Shown: piece after piece, positions 54,707 through 64,000 of the stretch | Numbering within the stretch: the stretch's first letter is position 1 | Layout: every line of letters starts with the position of its first letter | Assembly (NCBI GenBank): GCA_951406725.2 | Contig: OX597825.1 | Span: 77,128,001 to 77,192,000, forward strand | Length of the DNA: 64,000 nucleotides | From: Octopus vulgaris | Lineage: Eukaryota | Direction: 5' to 3' | Notes under the pieces: generated by a model | The model's database searches: none | Seen by the model: the letters and a program-made list of their open reading frames with translations, nothing else | What the model was told of the DNA's origin: nothing | Position numbers and translations under genes: made by a program

Positions 54707-55809
54707 ATATGTATGTATCTATTTATCTTTCCATCGGTCTGTCTGTCCCTATGTACATATGTGTGTGTATGTGTGTGTGTGTATTTACATATATATGCAT
54801 GTTAATGCTTTTATGGTTGTTGTTATTTCATTTGCCAGTTTGTTTGTAGTTTATTTTATGCTAAACTAAGGCCCTTTTCAATCATAGCTGACGATGTTTT
54901 TGTACATATGTGCGCTACTGGGAGTAGGTGTAGGGGACTCGCATTCACCCAAACATGCATTTACTCGTGGCACTGATGTTAGGAATTTTAGAGGCAGTCG
55001 ATATATGTTGGGTTAACATGACAATTAGTTAACAAAGATATATTAACGGAATCAGCAATCAAGGAGAACAATCCCACAATCCACCAAACATTAAACAAAA
55101 ATACAATGATGGATACTGACTGGCAACGCAGATATAATAACGACGTAAACCAATGGAAAATGAAACTACAAATAATTTCGCAAATGAAATAACAGCCATA
55201 AACAACACCTGGATAATGTAACATTCAAAAGCCAGCAGTCGTAGACAGAATTAAAAACCCACGCAAAAAAAAAAAATGAACCGATTTTGATGTAAAACAC
55301 CCAACCCTAAAACCAAGCGACAAGACTGCACCTGATGATTGAAGGAGTGGGAAAAACGTTTATCGTAAGGAAAGAAATTTAATGAATGTGTGTCTATGTA
55401 TATGTGCATGCCTTTGTGTGTGTATGTGTGTGTGCGTGCGTGGGCGCGTCTATGTTAGAAAAATATTTTTCTATACATCATAGATATTATAGAATTTTTA
55501 ATAAACATTAGCAGCATATAATGTAAAAATAATAACGAAATTTCAAAAAAAGCCAAGCTAATCAGAGTAGCATAGGGAATATTCAGAATAGTAATGCCAA
55601 ACAGAATAAAAGAAAATGAAAAAAAAAATTCAAATATAAGAAAAGGCTAAGAATTTAAAAGTTGCCGAAAGGGAAACAACTCATTTTAGCAGTTTATTAA
55701 GTAGAATGGAATAAAATTTCAGCTGGAAATAGAATAAAGATTTCGTTGTAGGAAAAAGTAAATAATAATAATAAAGAATAATAATAATAAAGGAAAAATA
55801 TGAAAAATT

Positions 55810-56228
55810 ATCACTGCAATTGTTCTGAACAGCATTCCTGTTATGCGAAGAATAAATGTAAGACTAAAAATGTAATATATAGATGTAAAGTTACATCTGA
55901 GAGAAATGAATACTTTTACATCGGTGAGACCGCATTTACTTTCAAGAGGAGATTGGCTAATCACGTAAGTTCATTTAGAGATGAAATAAAGGATCCCAAA
56001 CAAGTCTAAGCAAATTAACCTGGTCTATTAAATACAGAGACAAGGACTATATCATCAATGAATTTGTAGTGCAAAACCGCACAGACCTGGAACTAATAAA
56101 TGTGACTCATGTTTAGAGGAATTTTATCAAATTTATACATCTAAGGGTAATATAATAAATTCTATATAGGAACACGCTTTATGATGCTTGCACGGAAGAA
56201 GATTCACTTTTGCTCAGTATAAATGAGT
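55810..56228 (+). pseudogene. Penelope-like element (Naiad-type) GIY-YIG endonuclease remnant
   Basis: HCNCSEQHSC (CxCx5C)..KCKTKNVIYRCKV..FYIGETAFTFKRRLANHVSSF, then after frameshifts SLSKLTWSIK..KCDSCLEE..IIN..CLH. Confidence 0.85.
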
Positions 56229-56553
56229 AATAAACAGTTAAACAACAGAATGTTTTGAAATAACGGACGGTAAGTGATCATCCAATTAAAACTTGAACTG
56301 AAGATAGTTCGCGTCTAAATTAACGAACAACTTCACATCATACAACGCAGAGAGGATAAAAAATGTTCAACAATTAAAGCAAAGGATATTCAAGTGAAGA
56401 CCATGAAGAAAGTGCAGTAATATTATAGTTGAGTTGCAACTGCAGCGGTTACGGTTACTAACCCATGCAGTTGAAACGTGTTATATATGAAGATGTATAT
56501 ATAAAAAGGAATTAAAGGTAATACTATGGCATTTTGTAATAATCCTTATATAT

Positions 56554-56637
<84 letters not shown>

Positions 56638-56819
56638 TCACATGCATACACGTATACATCTTCACCTGTCAATCAATCAATATATTTCTTTCTATCTATC
56701 TTTATATATATATACATATATATATACATACAAAAGTACATATATGTATATATGTGTTTACACATGCATACATATGTATATATATGCAATATGCAAATAT
56801 ATATGTTTGTGTTTGTATG

Positions 56820-56889
<70 letters not shown>

Positions 56890-56900
56890 TATAAATATAT

Positions 56901-57457
56901 ATAATTAATATAGGATAAAACTTTTTTCGGGAAAAAATGTTATCAATGGCCAGCATATCAAAAAATGCCTTTAAAGGTAAAAATTATACATAATTTACAA
57001 GATAAGGGCAGAAGAAAAATTCTAATGCCAGATACGCCGAAACAAAATTTTTTTCCCGAAAAAAGTTTTATCCTATATTAATTATAAATAGATTAGTGTT
57101 CATTTCCAGATTCTATCACTCTGTGAAAGTTTCTAGTTCGAATCACACGTGACTCGAGGTGCGCCGAAGATTTTTCTATTTTGGATATATTTGGGGTACT
57201 TAAGTCTGCTCGGGACTTGGTGCTTGCTTCTTCCATGGGTATGAGTAAGTATTTCATTTATATCTCGCGTATTTGCCGCTGAAGAGGTGAAAATTTCTTG
57301 TGAATTAATCCCGAAATTGGACCAATACAATAATAACGAATTTTTTAGAGATTTCTATCGGTTTATTTCGAGACGCATAAATTTAATGGTTATCGACAAT
57401 TTTTTGTTTCGGCGTATCTGGCAATAGAATTTTTCTTCTGCCCTTATCTTGTAAATT

Positions 57458-57459
<2 letters not shown>
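56901..57459 (+). mobile_element. Non-coding element with interleaved inverted repeats and a hammerhead-like motif (PLE-type), flanked by (TA)n
   Basis: 56901-56937 is the exact rc of 57049-57085; 56990-57047 is the rc of 57402-57459 with one mismatch; CTGAAGA(57279)..GAAA(57313)TTGGACCAATA. Confidence 0.65.
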
Positions 57460-57521
<62 letters not shown>

Positions 57522-57561
57522 TGTTCCATGACGGCCCTCGGAAACCTGTGATTCTTAGTAT

Positions 57562-57800
57562 AGCAAGTATAGATGGGCTGGACACGTCGCCCGGCTCACC
57601 GATAATCGGTGGACCCAAACAGTTGTCGAGTTGTACCCGCGCGAGCGGAAAAGACCACCCGGAAGACCTCCACGACGGTGGAATTACGATTTCAGGACGA
57701 CGATTGGGATCACGTGGATGAGAAAGGCGCGATCCAGAGAGGAGGGGACAGCGTGCTGTGACCAGCGGTGTCAAATGGACGCCTGACGCACTGGTCGGTC
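57562..57800 (+). mobile_element. 3' end of an RTE-clade LINE
   Basis: Uninterrupted frame 57562-57786: SKYRWAGHVARLTDNRWTQTVVELYPRERKRPPGRPPRRWNYDF..WMRKARSR..* (RWAGHVAR and RxxGRPxxRW motifs). Confidence 0.9.
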
Positions 57801-57996
57801 AAGTGATATATATATATGCATATTTATATACAGAGAAAGTGAGTGAGAAAGACAGAAAGAAAGACTGAAAGAAAGAAAGGAAAAAAGAAAAAGAAAGAAA
57901 GAAAGAAAGATACAAATAGATCGATGAACCTATGTATCTATATGTAATTGAGTTTGATGCAAAGGTTGGATTCTGGGAAAATAGCGATTTGGAAAG

Positions 57997-58042
<46 letters not shown>

Positions 58043-58090
58043 GCGTGTGTATGTATGTATACACGAATATCTATGTGTATATACATATAT

Positions 58091-58132
<42 letters not shown>

Positions 58133-58828
58133 GCATGTGTGAAGGCTTGTGCTGCCATAAATTCTCATGTACAGAAATAAACCTTCTCATGTACATGTCA
58201 ACGAACGTATACATGTCTGCATTTGTACCATTCGTTGTCTGGTTGTTTGTGTATGAAGTGAGTATGCCGATGTGTGTGTGTGTGTATGTGTGTGTGCTTG
58301 TGCTTGCGCGCGTGGGCATGCGTAAGTGTGTGCGTGTGTCTGGGTGTGTGTGTGTGTGTGGGGGGGCGTAAGTGTATCCGCGCGCGCGCGCGTGCGAGAA
58401 TTTATCTGAGAAGTTTAGTTGTTGAAATAGACTACAGCAATGAAGAACACGTGATGTATTTATGGCCGACCTTTCAATGTAAAGAGACGAAGGGAATATC
58501 ATATTGTCCACTAAGAAGTGGAGGGAGAGAGGTGTGGGAGAGAAAGGGGGAAAGAGAAGGAAAGAGGTAAAATATAAAAGCGAAAGTGAAAGTGATAAAG
58601 ATAAAGAGAGAGAAAAATATAATAGGGAGAGAGAGAGAGAGAGAGAGAGAAAGAGTGTCAGAAATAGGGAAGGAAGGAATAAAGGTGAAGGAGAGTTACA
58701 TTAATACAGGGAGAGTGCGAAATGGAAAGAAAGGAAAAAAGAAAGAAAGAGAGGAGAAAGAGTGTGAGCAAGTGTGAGAGAGCGAATGAGGAGAGAGCGA
58801 GAGAGAGAAAAAGGGAGAGAGATGTATG

Positions 58829-58887
<59 letters not shown>

Positions 58888-59311
58888 ATGTGTGTGTGTG
58901 TATGTGCATGTGTGTGTGAGGCAGTGTGTGTGTGGCTGTGTGTGTGAGGGAGAGAAACAGAGAGAAAGAGAACCTGAAGAAGCGTTATATGAATACAGAG
59001 AAAGAAACAGAAAGAAAGAAAGAAAGAAAGAAAGAGAGCAAGAGCGATTGAGAGAGAGTGTGTGTGTATGTGTGTGTGTGTAGTGGAAGAGAACAGAAAG
59101 GTTGAAGAAAGGAGGCGCAGCAAGAGAGAATTTCTGCAGGAAAAAAAAATTACCATTTGTTTTAGACAGGAAATGCGTGGGACACTATACAGTAAAAGGC
59201 TCCGTGTTTGACTGCGCATGCGTTTGAGTGCCAGATTCATTGTGTATTCGCGTGTGGCTTCGTATTTCTGTGTGTGCTTGTACTGCGAATTGGAGTATAT
59301 TCAGAAAAAAC

Positions 59312-59535
59312 GTATGGCTTAGTGGGTAAGGTATTCGGTTCACGATTGTAAGGTCATATGGTCGATTCCCGGCGGCGCGTTGTGTTCATGAGCAAGGCAC
59401 TTTATTTCATTTTGCGTCAGGCCACTCAGCTGGCAAAAGTGAGTAGTAACTGTATTTCAAAGGGTCAGCCTTTGTCACACTCTGTGTCACGCCGAATCCC
59501 CCTGAGAACCACGTTAAGTATACGCGTGTCTGCAG
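59312..59535 (+). mobile_element. SINE related to family C (shared body, different central part), truncated
   Basis: Head TGGCTTAGTGG..GGTCGATTCCC; body CTGTATTTCAAAGGGTCAGCCTTTGTCACACTCTGTGTCACGCCGAATCCCCCTGAGAAC matches the rc of about 3355-3420. Confidence 0.75.
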
Positions 59536-59717
59536 AAACCTTGACGTCCAAAACGACGAAGTGCCAGATTTTTATGTATGGCCATAGACATTTCGTAACC
59601 CGAAATAGAGAACGGTGCGAGAATAAAACTTAAATTCATTCTCTGTTTCACCGCACAAACACTTTTTACACACCTGAAGCACACAGAGTTTCATCTCGAC
59701 CACTTGGTGCATTACAG

Positions 59718-59921
59718 CAGCGAGCTGGCAGAATTGGTAGAAGTGTACAGCGGCATCTCGCCGGTCTTTATGTTCTGAGTTCAAATGCCACTGAGGTTGT
59801 GCTTGATTTTTATCTTTTCCGGGTCGATGAAATAAGTACAAGTTTAATACTGGAGTCGATATAAATCGACTTACCCACTCCCTCAAAATTGCTGGCCCTG
59901 AGCCAAAATTTGAAATCAATA
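59718..59921 (+). mobile_element. SINE family B copy running into (TTC)n
   Basis: GCGAGCTGGCAGAATTG..GAGTTCAAATGCC..GGGTCGATGAAATAAGTAC..AAAATTTGAAATCAATATT. Confidence 0.82.
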
Positions 59922-60057
59922 TTCTTCTTCTTCTTCTTCTTCTTCTTCTTCTTCTTCTTCTTCTTCTTCTTCTTCTTCTTCTTCTTCTTCTTCTTCTTCT
60001 TCTTCTTCTTCTTCTTCTTTTTCTTCTTTTTCTTCTTCTTCTTCTTATTATTATTAA

Positions 60058-60106
<49 letters not shown>

Positions 60107-60108
60107 GT

Positions 60109-60170
<62 letters not shown>
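59922..60170. repeat. (TTC)n-(ATT)n-(CTA)n compound triplet repeat
   Basis: Directly visible. Confidence 0.95.
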
Positions 60171-60994
60171 ATACGACTAGTGTGTCTATATATATATATA
60201 TATACATACACACACACATGCGATATAGACGATTTAACAGGTCACATGACTAGAAGGAAGCTTGATTCATTTGAATAGAAGCTAAGCTGGAATGACAGGA
60301 AAGAAATGATGTAAAATGAAATCTCTCATGGAAATAATACTAGAAGGACGGCTTGATGAAGTAATTTCGATCGAAACCCCTAATTACGTTCAGCTCAGTA
60401 TTTAAAATCGTTTGACATTACACTTGTGACGAAGATATCCGACCAAAATATATAATTTACACTGGCAACAAGGGAGATTATTGATCTACTTTTACAGAAA
60501 TTTTGTTGTTAATTCACGTTGGATTTCGTTAATATAACGTTATAATATCGGTCATGTGATGAAGTTAGCCAGTGGTGTAATTCATTGTGGTTTGGTTTCC
60601 GCTTCCGCTTTTGCAAAGTTTCAAATCGATAATGCCTCTCAAAATTGTATGAAGTATTCTAATTTTTTACCTCCAAAGATTAAACTAATCCCAACAGCTT
60701 CTCTCTCTTTCCTTTCTTTTCCTCTCGTAATATGAATGTATTTATGTGTATGTAGTTGTGCATGTGTGTGTGAGTGTTTGTGTGTATGTTGTGTGTGTAT
60801 GTGTGTGTTTTTCTGTATACATGTACATGTATGCATATTTGTGAAAGAGGACAATATCGCTGAGACATAAACGAGCTTCATAAGTCATATCCATACGCCC
60901 TGAAAAACGAACAGTGAACATAATTTCGTTGTTTCCTTACTCTCTGTTCTTCAATTTCTTTGCTTATTATTCTTTTATTCTTTCATTCTTTTCC

Positions 60995-61107
60995 TTGATT
61001 CAGTTATTTGACTGCGGCCATGCTGCAGCACGGCCTTTAGTCGAGCAAATCAACATCAGGACATTCTTTGTAATCCAGGTACTTATTCTATCGGTCTCTT
61101 TTGCCGA
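60995..61107 (-). mobile_element. SINE family A 3' half
   Basis: TTTGACTGCGGCCATGCTG..TTTAGTCGAGCAAATC..TACTTATTCTATCGGTCTCTTTTGCCGA. Confidence 0.8.
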
Positions 61108-61229
61108 TAGATCCGTAGCCACTACACACATTTTTTTCTCTCCTTTTTTCTTTCTGTGTTCCTTTCTGTGGAAGAGCGTAGGCTCGAAACGTTAAAAACT
61201 TTTTCAAATTCCGAGCGTTATACTAATAC

Positions 61230-61315
<86 letters not shown>

Positions 61316-61344
61316 ATATCTGTCTAGGTATTTTTCTGTCTACC

Positions 61345-61445
<101 letters not shown>

Positions 61446-62228
61446 GTCTATCTATCGGTCTGTCTGTATGTCTATCTATCTTTCGATCTATCTGTGTGTG
61501 TGTATGTCTGTGTCTCTGTCTGTCTGTCTATCTGCTCTCTCTTAAAACACAAGCAAGGAAGGAATTGCCATTTCCTGTAAATGAAATTATCTGACCTTGA
61601 CCAGGCTCACCCTTTAGGAATTCTATCCCTTTTAGCATATTATTTCCCACATCATCCAGCAAAAAAGAATAAACAAAAAAAAAAAGAACCTGCAAATCAA
61701 CACGGAAACGACGTTACCATCTTTGTACAAGATAAAAAAAAATTCCTTAATATCGAATTTTACGGTTTTAAGCAAGGAAAGCCACATTTAATAATATATC
61801 GCCTCCCACACACACACGAACCAAAAGAGAAAAAAAAACAGAACTTAAGAGGAATAGTCACGGCTGGAATGCGTTTAAACACAGGTTACTTAACCACAGT
61901 TAACCCGCCACTAAACAACACTAGCAAATAATATTGATTTCTTCACAGCTGGGTCACTTATAAATTTTCTGAGTTTCTATAGAACCATCAGTTGAGTTCT
62001 TGAAATGGTTGGTATTCGCCAAATTCTATCGGGAATGCCCTAAATAACTTTATTCCTTTCAGATCAATGCATTTCCATGAAATTGTTGGTCCACATTATT
62101 TCGCTCTCTGCTTTTGCTGTCAGAAAGCCGGTTATAAAGATTTCTTCCTATCAACCTTAATTATATTGATCAACACGAGATAACTATATCGTTTATAGAA
62201 GGAATCGAAATATTCTTTGTGTGTATGT

Positions 62229-62263
<35 letters not shown>

Positions 62264-62313
62264 CATATACATACATATATATATATGCATATATATACAT
62301 ATATGTATGTATG

Positions 62314-62357
<44 letters not shown>

Positions 62358-62392
62358 CATACATATATATATATACACACACACACACATAC

Positions 62393-62430
<38 letters not shown>

Positions 62431-62449
62431 TAATATATATATATATATG

Positions 62450-62613
62450 TACGACAGGCTTCTTTTAGTTTCCCTCTATCAAACCCACTCAGAAGGCTTT
62501 GGTCGGCACGCGGCTATAGTAGAAAACACTTGCTCATGTTGCCACCTAGGGAGACTGAACCCGGAACCATGTGGTTGGGAAGCAAGCTTCTTAACAGACA
62601 GCCACGCCTGCAC
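62450..62613 (-). mobile_element. SINE family A 5' half
   Basis: ACTGAACCCGGAACCATGTGGTTGGGAAGCAAGCTTCTTA..CAGCCACGCCTGC. Confidence 0.82.
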
Positions 62614-63099
62614 CAATATAAGCAGTTTTTAAACATGGAATGGCAATGGAGTTGGGGAGGGGGTCAAGAAACAAAAAATGGCTGATGACGTCTGGTCTAT
62701 CCAATGAGTATTTTAGTTTCTTTTCTATGATTTTAGGAAAAATGAAATTTGACTGTTATTTCTAGCGTTCTCACAGAGGCGTCCATTTGCCTTCCAGAGA
62801 TTTTACTTCAAGAGGAAACACGAAGAAATTTTCAATGAAGGTCTTCAGCAGTTTTATTCTATTAACAATGGTGAACAAAAAGAAGAGAAACGGTGTGGTG
62901 GCGGCGGCGGCGGCGGTGGTGGGGATAGAGGTGGAGGTGGTGGTGGTGGACAAATGATTCTGTTCTGAAGATAAAACTTGAGAAAATTTGAATATTACAA
63001 AAAAAAAAAAAAATGCAAAAATTAAGGAAATTCAAAATTAAAGAAACAACAACAATAATAATAATAATAATAGTAAAAATAGTAAAAATAATAAAAAGC

Positions 63100-63458
63100 T
63101 ACAATGTCATCGCTACCACCATCACTCATCCTTATCATCGTTGTCGTCGTTGTCATCATCCTCAAACTCATCACCGCTAGCACCACCACCACCACCACAA
63201 CCATCAACACCACCACCTCCACCACCAACACCACCACCACCACCACAACCACCACCACCACCACCACCAACACCATTGTCATCATCATTATTATTACTCC
63301 CACTATCCCATAATCCTCTCCTCCTTATCATCACCACTCGTCATCGTCATCATCATCAACGTCATGATCACCTCAACCATCACCACCATCGCCACCACAA
63401 CCACCATCATCAACATCATCATCATCATCATCATCATCATCACCATCATCATCACCAA

Positions 63459-63525
<67 letters not shown>

Positions 63526-63666
63526 GTCGTCGTCTCAATCAATCATTGTAATTATTACCGTCGTCATCATCATCATCAACACCAGTCCCACCAGCACCGC
63601 CAACACCACCAACATCACCTTCATCACAATAATCAATCAATATCTTCATCAATATCTTGAGCATGG

Positions 63667-63703
<37 letters not shown>

Positions 63704-63740
63704 AACCATCATCATCATCACCATCATCACAGTCATCACC
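63100..63740. repeat. (CAC)n/(CAT)n field followed by an oppositely oriented (GAT)n tract
   Basis: Directly visible. Confidence 0.92.
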
Positions 63741-64000
63741 GGTCGTGAGCCATCTAGTAAACGTTTCAACCTTCAGGCGCTGTCATCTCGAAGACGCAGA
63801 CTCATAGAAAAAGGAAAGCTTCTAACAGCTGTTATGGAAATCGCGCAAGATTGGAATAAATTAAAACCTTCCGGCATTATTAAAGAACCCACTTTATAGG
63901 CGTAGGTATGGCTGTCTCCATTAAGATTAAAAAAAAAAAAATTTAGCTTCGCAATCCCCCGGATTGTGAGTTCAGTCGTGTTGCTTTTCACGTTCATCAG

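Noticed and set aside
59210-59225. TGCGCATGCG NRF1-like motif as promoter evidence
   Set aside because: Single short motif with no CpG island or adjacent gene.

Overview
AT-rich animal genomic DNA, probably intronic or intergenic, saturated with microsatellites and transposon debris. The SINE families and simple-repeat load resemble octopus (coleoid cephalopod); this attribution is inference from recall, not a database match. I find no supportable host gene: nearly all ORFs in the track are translations of (TA)n, (CATA)n, (GATA)n, (CA)n and triplet repeats. Recognisable content: three tRNA-headed SINE families (about 20 copies or fragments); decayed mariner and Tc1 transposases; a non-autonomous Helitron; non-LTR retrotransposon fragments (R4/Dong-like RLE type, CR1/L2-group, RTE, probable Tx1/L1); and Penelope-like element (PLE) remnants with GIY-YIG and CxCx5C (Naiad-type). 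The most interesting signal is about ten dispersed minimal hammerhead-ribozyme-like motifs (CTGANGA-stem II-GAAA-palindromic stem III-TH), most with core deviations, in short non-coding elements beside microsatellites, including a three-copy subfamily with a shared T at core position 6. Also notable: a LINE whose 3' tail matches the main SINE, RLE-LINE ends abutting (CATA)n, a 160-bp near-identical inverted duplication, and an isolated GC-rich repeat. Coordinates were read by hand and may be off by a few bases.
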